This document shows, piece by piece, positions 12,157 through 25,076 of a DNA stretch of 64,000 bases. The position numbers and the translations under genes were made by a program. Within the stretch, counting starts at the first letter, position 1, and each line of letters starts with the position of its first letter. The notes below the pieces were generated by a model. The model ran no database searches. It worked only from the letters and a program-made list of their open reading frames with translations, and was not told the DNA's origin. Source of the DNA: Auanema rhodensis (lineage: Eukaryota; Animalia; Nematoda); assembly GCA_964057225.1 (NCBI GenBank), contig OZ059897.1, forward strand, positions 16,120,001-16,184,000. The letters run 5' to 3'.

Positions 12157-15100
12157 CTAGGCAGATGCAGAAACCAATGGAGTTTGAACTGGCTTCTTTC
12201 GCTCTCTTTGGGCAGCATTAATCTAAAAACAAACAATAAAAATCGAAAAAAATATGAAACGCACCTTGTCTCCTAAAGTTAAAGCCATTCCTTGACTCTT
12301 CGCACGAATTCTAATATGACCAACAATAGGTGAACTATCATCCGTAGGCCTTGTTTTTTCAATTGAGACATTAGCCAGGGCATCTTCACCAAAAATGGAA
12401 TGAGCACACATATTGGCGGCGAGGAAGCCACAGTCACCATCTAATAAAGATCTTATTCAATATAGAACAAATTCTATTCAAATTACCAATAGCCTCATCT
12501 CCAGTTAATACTTTCATATTAGTAACAGTTGATAAATGAAGTATGAACTCCTTAAGATCAGTCAAGGGAGTATTAACAGTAACCTTATTCTCCCATTCGA
12601 AGTCAAACCACATTTGTCTGAATTCTTGGTCACTGATAATTCCAGGAACAATGTAGTCCTTAAAAAGAAAAGAAATGTTGGGCAACTCTTAAAAAAATAC
12701 CATGATATCGATCTTGATATCTTGAAGATACACACAGTTACGATCGGACGTGGAACCACGAACATCATAGGAAATCGTAGAAAAGATTACCCCGTTTTCG
12801 GTGGAAGCAACTTTGACAGTAGCCTTGAAAAATAATACAAAATATAAATTGTATAAGTCACCACACCTTAATATTAGCAAAATCCGAAGGTGCAAGAGTA
12901 ATAGGTGTTGGTTTATCAACAAGCTTCAAATCTCCCACTAAAGACAAAAATTGAACGATTTGAGACTAATAATGAGGTACCAGTGGAAAGTTCCAATGAA
13001 ACATTTTGAAGAGTATCGGCAGTCTGGTTAACAATTAAAACATCCAGCACAATGTCATACTGATTAACATTAACATAGGCTTCGGCATAAATAGGGTCGG
13101 AAAAACCAGCCAGCTGAATCACCTTACCAAGTTTAGAACTGAAATAGTCAATAACGTGTATTTTTACTGTTACTGGAAAACCTTGAGAAATCAAATTTCT
13201 GAGCTTTAGGAGCAGTTCCAAGGGCTTGTGATAAGGAGAGATCAAACAAATTTTCTCCGGCACTAGCATCAGCACGAGCACTGAGTTGGGTGAAGTTGAT
13301 CGTTTTGTCAACCTGAAGATAATGTTATTAATATAGAACAAGAAACCAGTATTACTTCGACAACTCGTTTATCCTTTTTCTTATCACTCTCTTCCTTGGC
13401 ACATTTATTTTTGTTTGCAAGCATAAGCTCGAGACTATCATTACATTTCTGTAAATAAATCTCTCGAACTCCTGGGCACCCTTGAGCCAAAATCTTTATT
13501 GTGGAGCCCATGCGATCAAGATCATCTTCAGTTACGTTAGATTTAGCAATTCCACTCTTTCCAAGGTTAATAATATTAGCAAGAATGAACATACATTCAG
13601 CACGGAACCTAAAAAAAACTAGTGATTATAAAAAGTGAGAACTAAGACTACCTATTCCCTCTATCAACACTTTGACCAGAAACTGCGCTGAATCTCTCTG
13701 CCAATTTAGTCAATATTGTAGCGAGCTGAGCACCCAAAAAGAAATCACCGTCCAAGAGAAATTTCCTGTATGAATTAATAATTCATCATATTTAGAACTT
13801 ATATACCTGAGCGGAGGTTTTGTTGATTCAACTTTTTTGGTTATGGAAATTGCAGACTGAGTAGCGTATGTACCATCAGCAGTTACAAGCTGCTTAGCGT
13901 TGCCGGTCTGAACATTATTAAATATCGTTGAATCATAACTGGTCATTTGCACATACGGGTTTAGCTACGGAAACAGCTTCATCTTCTCCGTCAAGTTGTC
14001 TTAACTCAGAATCAACAATTGGAAGTTCGCCTAGAGATTGCTTGATCAATCTCATCACAGTAAGTACGCTGGCATCAGTGTCACAAAATGTACCGAGAAT
14101 CCACAGGGCAGACATGAAGATGTTTGGTTTTCTAATAGAAACAAGCATATCCTATAACATACACTGAATGACAACTAAGAAACTAGCATACTTGAAGCGA
14201 GGCCAGAATTGATTCCTTTAATGGCTTTAATTTATAGATAGCTTCCCTCACGAACATTAGAACATATGTAGAAGCGGTTTCGTTGTCATCAGACAAGAAT
14301 TCCATTAATACTACAATCAAATAATAACTTGAAGCATAGAGAAACCGTACCAGGAACAATTGTATGAGCAACATCTGGAAATTTGATAGTTGCGGAATGA
14401 AGAGTCTTAACTAAAGCTTGACGATATTTTCCTCCTTCTTCGGCAGATTCTGAAGCAGATTTTGCAATCTCCTAGAAAAAGGTCTTGGAAATTGTTAAAA
14501 GCTTGAAACCAAAACCTTCTTTAAGAACATGACCATATCTTCAACATTTCTGCTTGAGACGAGATCTAAAGCTAAATTCAGAGTTTTTTGACGAACTTCC
14601 AATCCAGGAGAAGATAGAACCTAAGATGCAAAATTAAATTTCTTAATTAAGTTAAAATCTTACTCTTAGAATATCCATAACAAGTTCCTGAAGAACTTTC
14701 TCATTGGAAAGATTCTGCTTCAATTCAGTTAAACGATCCAATACAATCAACTATATCAACATATAGGTATTTCAACCATGCTCAAACTAACCTTAACATT
14801 ATTGTCACTCTCCTTGACAATAAGTTCAATATAGGCAGAAGCAGCGGCCTTAACTGCAGCAGGAGCAGAAGATAAAGTGATCAAAGTTCCGGCCGCCTCA
14901 TATCTAATACAAAATAAAAAATAAAAATAATTTTGCTGGGTTCTAACGTACCTAACAGCAGCAGAAGTAGATTGAAGTAAATTATACACGCACCGAATAA
15001 AACGAGCACGCTCTGATGGATTAGCATGACAAACCTTAACATAGAAAAAGATATATATATATACTACCGAAATCATAAATACCTTGTAGATCAGTTCCAC

Positions 15101-15961
15101 AATAACGAGTTGCATAATATCTCCAAATTGAGTTACTTGATCAATGCAGCCAGATAAATAATCCAAAGCTCTAATCTGATCGACATGAAGAAGCATCATA
15201 AAAGCATTGCGCTTGCAAGCTGCATCTTGTTCACCTTCCAGAAAATTGGAAACTAACTCAGGCGCATCAGGTATCAAAAACTCAAAGCTACCTATAAAAT
15301 TAAGTACAATGTTTGAATACAACAAGAAATATTCTAACGATATATGGTGAAAATCGCGCAAACAGCATTTCTCCGAACATAAGAATGTCTGTGCTCCAAG
15401 CATGCAATGATGGCAGGCATCAAGGGTTCCAATAATTCTGGTTCTTTTAGCTTACAAAGGAATCTAAGAAACATTTACTTGAATGAAAAATCAAGTTAAA
15501 AAGAAATACCTTAAAGTAGATCCACGAACAAACTCATTAGGATGCTGAAGATCTTTGCGGTATGCATCACAAACAAGAATCATTTCATGGAGAAGTTTGC
15601 CTTGTGCATTTGTCTAAAATAATAAGATTTATCACTATTGAAGTTTTATGTTAACCTTGGGGATGATTTCCCAGAAAATGAGAAGATTCTTTTTGAGTTT
15701 ATGATCATTCGAAGGCAAACAGAATCTAATGACATACATAAGCATGCCTTGTGCAATTTTATCTCCATTTTGGATCATCAAAATAAGTTTTTCCAGAGCT
15801 TCATTTTTTTCTTTGATAGATCCTTAACAAGAAAAACAGTATTTGAGAGAACGAATATCCAAACCTTTTTCAAATTTATCTTTCAATTGTGATTCATTAG
15901 GAAAATCAGTATCTGGGGGTACATAAATAAAAGTATGAGTTGGCTGCTCCCCTGAGGTCAT
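12157..15961 (-). CDS. copb-1: Coatomer subunit beta (COPI beta-COP)
   Basis: Exons encode the conserved beta-COP segments [75 protein letters not shown] and [19 protein letters not shown]. Start MTSGEQP at 15961; stop TAG at 12157. Confidence 0.97.
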
Positions 15962-16233
15962 ATTTGTTGTTGAACCTACAAAGGTATATTAAAAGCATAT
16001 AATTTAAATACAATAAATTAGATAGATGTTTTAGATCAAGTTATAAGATATATCTCATTGCTTACGTGTTTTACTGAGGGTTGGGGATTTGGTCAGGGTT
16101 TTCGTGATGGGACCTATATATCATTTTAAATCCACGACTGCCAATTGCTTTTGTGTCAGGTTTGAATAATTTGTTAAGCTAATAAACATAATTTAATTTT
16201 TTGACTATTTATTACAGTTGTATTAATTTAGTA
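15962..16233. promoter_or_regulatory. Compact bidirectional promoter region, copb-1 / ZRANB2
   Basis: Head-to-head ATGs about 270 bp apart; contains CGTGATGGGACC at 16103-16114. Confidence 0.7.
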
Positions 16234-17628
16234 ATGTCAATACGGGATGACCGTGACGATTTTTCTCGGGAGGATCGAGGCCGTAGAGCTTTAAAAGAAG
16301 GCGAATGGGCTTGTCCAGAATCGAAATGTGCTCAAATAAACCCAGAACGTGCAACCCATTGTGAAGGATGTGGAAAATGTAAGATATGAATAATTATTTA
16401 TTAGGTTATTCAAAATTAAGACAAACCAACTGCGAAAAGTAGAGTTGGAAAAGAGATAGGGAAAGAAATGGCCGAGAAATCTAAAGGTTTATTTGCCGCC
16501 GAAGACTGGGTTTGCTCAAAGTACGTATACTATTATTTATTATTGTTATTTCTTTTTGTTATAGATGTGGAAATGTTAATTGGGCCAGAAGAAAATCTTG
16601 TAATGTGTGTAACGCACCAAAGTTAGCTGATTTAGAAAAAAGAACAGGCAAGTTTAATAATAGGCTGGAAACTAAATTTTAACAAATTTTGTTTAGGATA
16701 TGGTGGAGGTTACATGGATCGACAAGATGTTGAGTATGTCAAACGTGATTATAACGAGGAGTTTGATGAGTTTGGAAGAAAAAAGAAAAAAGGCGGATCT
16801 GAGGTTAGTCATAGTTTTTTAATCTTAATTATCTTTTGTTTAGGGAGCGGATAGGCGCTCTCTTCATGGTTCAGATGAAGAAGAAGAAGAAGAAGAGGTC
16901 GTGGAGGAAAAATTAGCGAAATATGATCTACGTGGTGATGATGACGAAGCTGAGGTATGTTAAATTTCTTGAAAAGTGTAGTTTTATCTCTTTAAGGACG
17001 AAGGCGAAGATGAGGAAGATGACGATGATGATTTGGGTAAATATGATCTCACAGCTGATCCTGATCTCGTAGAAAAAAAAATAGAAATTATCAAAGTTAG
17101 AAAAAATGCCGAAGAAAGCGAGTGAGTGTAATTATTCAATTCGATTTTTGTATATGTAATTTTGTTCTAGCTGCTCTTGTTCATGTTCGGGAGGTGAATG
17201 TAGCTGTGAAGAAAGTGAGTGCGAAAAGGAAAAGGAGCATGATCGTGATCGTGACCGTTCCAAGATTCATAAATCTTCAAGAGAAAGGGACAAGTAATTG
17301 TTTTTATTATGTTTGAAATTTTTCTCGATGATTATTTAGAGAGCGTGAAGATAGATATAGACGACGTTCTGTTTCTAAAGATCGTAAACGTAGTAAATCC
17401 AGAGATAGGAAGCGTAGTCGATCCCGGGATAGAAGACGGAGCAGGTCTCGTGAACGAAGAAGAAGTCGAGAACGTAGAGATCGGTGAGCCACAATATCTA
17501 GCCAGGGAAAATTGTTTAATTGTAGGTCCAGAGATAGAAAACGTAGTAGGAGCCGTTCCAGAGATAGAAAAAGGGATCGTGATGATAGAGATCGCAGAAG
17601 AAGTCGTTCGCGTGATAAAAGAAGATAA
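16234..17628 (+). CDS. ZRANB2: ZRANB2-like splicing factor (two RanBP2 zinc fingers, acidic region, RS domain)
   Basis: Zinc fingers WACPESKCAQINPERATHCEGC and DWVCSKCGNVNWARRKSCNVC, then RTGYGGG, an acidic tract, and RSRSRDR repeats ending DKRR-TAA at 17628. Confidence 0.93.
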
Positions 17629-17799
17629 ATTTCTTCTGATTTGAAGTACTTGTAAATTCGTATTATGTAATTATGATGTTGTTTTATTACGAGTAACATT
17701 GTTGATTTTTGTTGTTTATATCAATTTCATTATATTATGTGTTAATTGCATTTCATTGGTGTTAGCCACTGATTACGGTTCTGTGTTGTATTTTACACA

Positions 17800-17803
<4 letters not shown>

Positions 17804-17832
<29 letters not shown>
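17804..17832. repeat. (TA)n microsatellite between ZRANB2 and YIPF1
   Basis: Uninterrupted TA dinucleotide run. Confidence 0.9.
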
Positions 17833-17836
<4 letters not shown>

Positions 17837-17868
17837 TACTTATAGACAGTGCTGTTATCCAGAACAAT

Positions 17869-19383
17869 ATGGCGAATTTAGAATTTCATCGTAAGTTCGT
17901 TTAGATAGTAAATTGTTCTAATGTTGTCGGTTTTCAGCCTTCCAGGATGGTTTTTCTGTAAATTCTACTAACGAGCAATCTAATTCTTTTTCTGGAAATA
18001 TTGGAGATCGTCCTCGTGAAACGGTTTTCATATTGTAGCATTTAAACATATATATACTATTTTTAAGTTGGTTAATGAAGATGATACTCTTAGTTCAAAC
18101 GCAAAAAGTATTTTTTCCGTTGCTTTTTTTCAGCAATATTTTGACGTCGAAACAGATCAGGTATTTTTAATTTTTGATTTTTATTTTATTGTGTTAACCT
18201 AGGTTGTCAAGCGTTTGATTAACAGTCTTGTACCCACCGGAAATAATTTTATACTTGATTTTGTCCAACCAGTTCCTGATCTATGGGGTGAGATTTTCAA
18301 TATAGTTCTCATCATTTCTTTTTTTTTAAAGGACCTTTGTGGATTTCAATAACACTAGTATTCTCTATTGGAATTTTTGGAAATATTGCACAGTATATTG
18401 AGAATGATGGGAAAACAGGAGAGTACGGAAGCGACTTCAGACTAGGTAATTCCTTTTATGAAATTTTCTTCACTAATGAATCTTTCATTTTTAGTAACAT
18501 CTGCAGCTACTCTTATTTTCTGTTACGTTGTATTTGTTCCTCTTCTTGTTTTTGCTGTGTTATGGAACAGAAAATCAGATTTGATTTATCCATACGTGGA
18601 CTTATTGTGTGCTTTTGGATATAGTTTATTTGTATTTATTCCTGTTTCGGTACACATAATTTTCCATATTTTTTATACCTTTTATTATAGTTCTTATGGG
18701 TTTTGAATATTAATTGGCTTAGATGGGCTTTAATTTTTGTTGCTGTTACTCTTAGTGGTGGTGTCTTGGCTAAGGCCATATATCCTGCTTTCAAGAACGA
18801 TACAAACAGAATCGTAAGCCGTTTGTGTTGTGTTTCAAAAGTCTTTCGTTAAATCCAGGTTGCGTTCGGTTCTGTGTTCACTGTTTTGTTTCTTCACTTC
18901 TTATTAGCATTCGCCTTTAAGGTACGTTGTCATTAAACAACTTAAATCTGGAACTTGCTTTAGGAATTCTTCTTCGATGCTGCACATCCAATGAAAGATA
19001 TTCCAACAACAGAGGTCAGTCATGGTAACGGTGATGGTGTTCCTAGTCAGGTTTTAGAATTAACAACAGTAGAATATATATTACAGGTTTAGGTTAAATT
19101 GCAAGAGCCATCTCTTCCTTCTGTGGTTTTACCCTCTTCGTCTCAATCGTCTGCTGTACAAGACTTGTCTAATCCAAGTACTGTAGAAAATCATCCAGAA
19201 ACGGTAATAATTTAAGTTTAAATTAAAATTAATTTCATCTTTCAGAATTCAACAATTATTGATACTACTGAAAACAATGTTAATACTCCAAGTAATGTTA
19301 CTGCTATAGATAGTCCAACTAATGAAAACAATGCTACAATAGTAACTAACGATTTAGGATCTCCCAAATCTGATTCACCATAG
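17869..19383 (+). CDS. Yip1-domain Golgi protein (YIPF1/2 type)
   Basis: Spliced motifs FFQQYFDVETDQV, PDLWGPLWISITLVF and CAFGYSLFVFIPVS, several TM helices, FKEFFFD, then a Ser/Thr/Asn-rich tail to TAG at 19383. Confidence 0.92.
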
Positions 19384-22300
19384 AAAAATGCTTTCAAAAA
19401 CAATTAAAGGCGTAATGTTAATGAATAATTTATATTTATGATATGTATTGAGGTTTTTTTCTGTGATGCTCTTGGGCTGGTGTTATATTTATTCATACCA
19501 TTTTTACCATGGGTGTAAATATATAATATGTGATAGTTAGTAGTCGTTTAATATAATGAAATTAATTCTTTGTTTTCGTATTTTTATATTCTTGCTATTT
19601 GAACTTGTGAGGAATTTGCGTTGGTGAAAACTATTATATAGAGCAGCTTATCAAATTTTCTTACGTCATTATCACATTACGACTTCGAGGTGTCCTGAGA
19701 AATGTTAGACTTTAGCATGTTTCATGACGTCATGTAGATGAAAAATGAAAAATATGTATGGAAAAATAAACTGATTTTGCTGGATTATTTGATTAAGCGC
19801 ACTTTTAGGAATAAAAAAAATTTCTAGAAAGTGTTAAGTCATGATGTTGTCATCAATTAACAACGAGTTTGTGCAAAGTGAGCAGTATTTTTGGGAGAAT
19901 GTATTTTTCGTTTTTTCCTCTGTCATTGCTTTAGATATTCGACTCAAAAGAAAGACAGTAAGTTAATTCTGACCCGTAATAGAAAAACTACGTAACTAGA
20001 AGAATAAACAGTGGTGAATAAGGTTATGAGTCATAGAGTATTCATACATTAAAGTGTTTGAACTAAATCAGGCTCGAGATGTTTATAAAAAAAGAATGGA
20101 CAGTTATGTGAAAACTATGAAAATATACAAGAAACAGCTTTAATTATATGTTATTAATTATGCCTTAGTTACAAAGTACACTTTTAGATATTCTTGAACA
20201 GTGTTTTTTAATTCTAGTTGTGAATTCATTAAGCTCCAGGATATCTACACACGAATTTACCATAATACTGTTTAAAAATCTGTTTGCATGTCAAGTACTA
20301 TATTTGCTTTGTGAATGACAAAAATCATTTGATAGATGATATAATCTTGAATTATTTGAATAGTTTATGGCTTAATGATCCTTCTCGGGCTATAACTATG
20401 CATTCCAGATAAAATTCTTTTTTCATCACCACGCATTTTTCTTTTTCTATATCAAAAACATTTCAACGTTGACCCTGTTGATGCAGGAACAATAAAGAAA
20501 AATGTTATGTTTGTATGAATCAGAACAACGAAAGAGGTACTATGGAGCTCCCACAGAAAATAAAGATGTGATCTGCTGGACATCAAAGATATTTTTAAAA
20601 GTAATATAGTAATATATTCGGTGAGAAAGCATTTTAACGTGATTCTTTTTTACTTATTTTCTTTGCTCAATCACGATGCTCAATTTTATATTGCTATAAA
20701 AATAATCCTCCGTGTTCAAAGAGACATTACGATGAGTCAGAAAACTTCTTGAGTTAAGAGAATCTCAACACTTCGTGTTGTTGTGTCTAGTATTCCTAAT
20801 TCTCGTTCTCGTATTCGCATTGAAACAGAGACATTGAAACAGAATTTTTCCATGAAAATACCGCGTTGTGCAATCAAACTACCTTGCACCATCACACGTC
20901 ATCATCGAAAACGTGATGTTGGCATCAGTGGATGTTTCTCTTCTGCGTTTCATTCCATAACTACAGTTGTTGAATGATTCCTCAGCAGAAAACAAATGAA
21001 AAATGTCCGGTTAGCTGTTCATCATCACTCCTCTACTCCGCTATTCCTATTAAACATTTTGCGTTTTGCGTTTTTCTCTTTTTTTGTAAACAAGCACACT
21101 TTATGATCTCTCTATAGTCTTTTGAGTTGCAAAAATTCATTGTCGCCTTTATAACATTTGTTAGCTTAACAAATTGAAACCGACGAATGTGTCTCATCAA
21201 TTGTTGGCTGATTTATCCCTGTGTTTGAAGTTATAAAAAACAAAAAGCAGGAGGAACAAATTGATGAAAAGATGCAATAATGATCACATCCGATGCTTCA
21301 AAGCAACGTTGCCTTAAAAGGAACGAAATTTGGGGTGGTGTGCACAAAAGTTGCATTAGAAGTACGAAAGGAACGACGCCTAAAATGACATAATGAATTC
21401 TTATCGTCGAAAGAACAAGTGGCCTGAGTAATTCTACGGCACCTGCAAATCCATTTATAGTGTCTACTCCTACTTAAAGATTTTTGAACCTGGTTAAATG
21501 ATGTCATTCTATCGAAACTTGACCAATCGGCTTATAGAACTATGACAGTCACTACGCTGTCGCACCAGATTTCATCGGTTTGACACCCCTTAAAACGGTC
21601 TTATTAGCATTACTTCTCCCTATGTTCTGATGTGTAACACCCTCGAAAGCATTACATTATTTTGTATATAAATAAATCTGATTGTATTTCGTTTTCGATA
21701 CACCTACTGTTAAATTCACAAGGCTTTGCTCAGGAGCATGCTATGCTGGCTCCGCCTCCTGTTGTTGCAAGCTTGTAAAGCTTTTGCTACGCTCTTACCT
21801 TATAAAGACTAATGCTCATAACAATCAACTATACTAATCGTGGGCGTAATATTAGTGTTATACTTCATGTGGGTAGTTTAGTTTGTTCATGTTATCTATC
21901 ATGCTCGTTACTTCGCTCATCTTTTCCATCTTCTGACGTCTTTGATGCACCCACATATATGTATTTCGTCTTCGTTTCACATTATGACCCGTATTCTTGA
22001 GCAAACACTTTTGTGATATAACATACAAGGGCATTATTACAAGTCAACCTATATATATACATATGTGTATCAGTTCGATTCTTATAAAAGTTCAACTTCG
22101 ACCATCCCTCCTATTGCGATATTATAATCGAAAATAGATACGTTTTTTTACGGAGTTTCTTATAGTAAAACCTAGATATTAATTTATAAGCAAAACATCT
22201 TTTTTTCACATATCATAATTATTTTTTCTCTAATGTCATCAGTTTCCAAGTAACTCTACTTAACTTAAAACGTGGGTTATACTTGGTTACAGTTTAAACT

Positions 22301-23369
22301 ATCATTGCAGCTACTTTTCCCATTCTTTTATTACTCTTTTTTAGTCTTATTTTCATTACCTTTATCAGTTATCATTAGAATATAAAAATTGGGAAACAAA
22401 TGTTGATTTCTTGACGACCTAGCATTCAACATTTTTCGTATTCATATATCATATTTTCGTTTATAGATACTCTGTGCCAGAATCGAACTAGCCAAAAACA
22501 ATTTAAGTTATGAAATACTAAGATTAAGATTTTAAATGCAACTAAACCCTTATATTAAAATTGTTAATCGGTATGCATTTGAAGTCTACTAACTCATACT
22601 TCTTTTCTATTAACGTTTGTTCCTAATATGATGTCATTGAATAAAGTAGAAAAAATAAATTAATATCTAAGATTTCGATGGAATTATTATAATCACTGGA
22701 CATTGATTGCATTATCTTTCAATTTTCTTATAATAGTCTTACTTAATATATGAGTGTATGACATATGAAAGTAAAACTTATAGTTTCCCATGCAACTATA
22801 GAAATGACGTATGATATATAATATGCATATATATGATATTGATATGTTAAATTGTATCATAACTATACAAGAATACTTTGTGATTTTATTTCTTTTTAAT
22901 ATTAAGACCCTTATCGACTGATGATGAATCAATCCTGATTAATTACGGATTAACGTAAGTCGAATCATTTCCCACTTCTACTTTTCATCATACATGACTT
23001 TTTCACGGAACTGGACTGTCTTTGTTACCATTATTTGTTTGTGACACCTCTTCTTTTCTCTTTTTCTTTTAAAAACGGTAAGCACAATGACGAATCAATT
23101 GTTGCTCCGCCTTCTAAGCCCGCCTCTTACCAAAATACTAAAAGAGCCAGCAATCCAGCTTTGTACTTTTTCAAGTCCCCTCACCTTAAGCCGTACACAT
23201 ATTTTATCGATAGAACCATTGATCTTAACTGTCTGCGTTAAGAAGCATACACTATTTGAACTATTATTACATAATCAATCATATATCATTGCTTTAAGCT
23301 TCGTATTTTCATTGAAAATCTTCAGATAGCTTAAAATAATAATATAATTTTAGTGACAAATAAGTGATC

Positions 23370-24168
23370 ATGATTGGTATGGTAAATGTTCCTTGCGAAT
23401 CTCCACTGGATTTTTATGCTTCGCCAAGCAGACCAGACAGTTTACGTCAGCGAGCTGAGAGTGAATCTTCAAGTAAGTTTTGAACATATTTTCTGAGCAC
23501 AGCGCAGGATATTTTTTAATTGTCCAACTTAATGTGTTTGTCTAGCTTCTATTCATTTATTCTTATTACAAGACTTTTATACTAATATGAGGATTTCCAT
23601 TTAGTTCCACGTACTCCTACCAAAAGAACTCCGTCATATAGACCACTGTTTACTGGGAACAGAAAAAAAGTGCAATATACAGATGATGGCAGAAAAATAA
23701 CCGATGGATTAACTGAAGAGGTACATATTTCCTTCAAACTACATATCTTATGATTTGCTTATCCATCCGTAAAATGAAATATGGACTACAATAACAGTTC
23801 GTACAGTTGTTTTTCCCAGTTTACATATATTTGTTATGAAAAATATAATAGATATTGCTTTTTTATTTTGCATTTAACAGAGTTCACTGTTTTCAGCAAT
23901 CAGAACCAAACAAACTCTGGGAAGAATTGTTGTTGAGATCTTTTGCCCAGCGTATGGAAGATGAAATTAAAAGCCCAGTTGTTGAATCTTTTAAAAATCT
24001 CGATGAGGAATTAGGACGATTAAATGTCCAAGGTAAGAAGAAAGAATACAATTTAAAGCATTAAGCAATCATATAGATAAATCTGTGTACCGATCAACAT
24101 ACTCTTTGGTATCAAACACAAGGGCAGAAGAAACGGATCTAAATGATCTTGAAAGGATACAAAAGTAA
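23370..24168 (+). CDS. Small (about 150 aa) four-exon protein of unknown function
   Basis: Four phase-consistent exons: MIGMVNVPCESPLDFYASPSRPDSLRQRAESESS / IPRTPTKRTPSYRPLFTGNRKKVQYTDDGRKITDGLTEE / QSEPNKLWEELLLRSFAQRMEDEIKSP... / DKSVYRSTYSLV...ERIQK-TAA. An in-frame TAA at 23361 fixes the start. Its position beside rps-9 suggests a relative of C. elegans F40F8.5 (recalled, not verified). Confidence 0.8.
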
Positions 24169-24411
24169 AACATCTAAAACATATGAAATAATCAAATATA
24201 TTCCAGAAATCAGAGATCAGCTTCATCAGATAGAATTTCCCCCGTATGCGCCTTTGCACCATTTATCAAATCCATCAAAGGAAAGAAGAAGAAGGAAAAG
24301 AATTAACTACATGTTTTATACGTTTCCGCTTAATCATTATTTTCCTGTCATTTTTGTATTAATAAGAGAAATGAAGAATTATAATAACAATTTACTTCGT
24401 AACAAAAACAA

Positions 24412-25076
24412 TTACTCTTCATCGGCGGATCCATCTCCATCCTCACCCTTCTTGGCGTTACGTCTCTTGACACGTCCTGGACGTCCACCTCCGAATGGAG
24501 AGGTAAGTGAGAAGTCGATGTGCTTCTGAGAGTCCAAACGGACAACGAAAGAAGGAACATCAACGATCTGACGACGAACTCTGTGAATTTACATGTTTTA
24601 CAAGGTTACATAAACAATCAAAAAATACCTGATGTGGTTCTGTTTGATGAGAACACGAGCGTGGTGGATAGACTTAGCAAGTCCCAATTTGAAGACTTGA
24701 GTCTGGAGACGTCTCTCAAGGAAATCTTCGACGTTCAATCCAAGAACGTAATCGAGCTTCATCTTGTCCTCAGCCAATACTCCAATACGGACAAGGCGAC
24801 GGAGAAGAGCATTTCCTTCGAAAAGACGCTTAGGATCCTTAGCTTCAAGAGTAAGGAGCTCACGAGCTGCCTTACGGACCTTAGCAAGAGTGTACTTTAC
24901 ACGCCATACTTCTCTCTTGTTCTTGAGACCGAATTCTCCGATCAGTTTCAATTCCTAGACGAAAAAAACAATACAAAAAAGATAATACAAAAAATTACCT
25001 GGTCGAGACGCTCTTTCTCGTATGGACGACGAGGAGCTCCAGCAACCTTAGACTGCACCGTCTTCAGACGAGTCAT
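24412..25076 (-). CDS. rps-9: 40S ribosomal protein S9 (uS4)
   Basis: Exons 25076-24999, 24954-24629 and 24580-24412 give [31 protein letters not shown]...[26 protein letters not shown]...[10 protein letters not shown]...EE-TAA. Confidence 0.99.

Noticed and set aside
17307-17699. 130-aa minus-strand L/R/S-rich ORF and 111-aa + strand V/E/I-rich ORF
   Set aside because: Antisense and alternative-frame readings of the ZRANB2 RS repeats.
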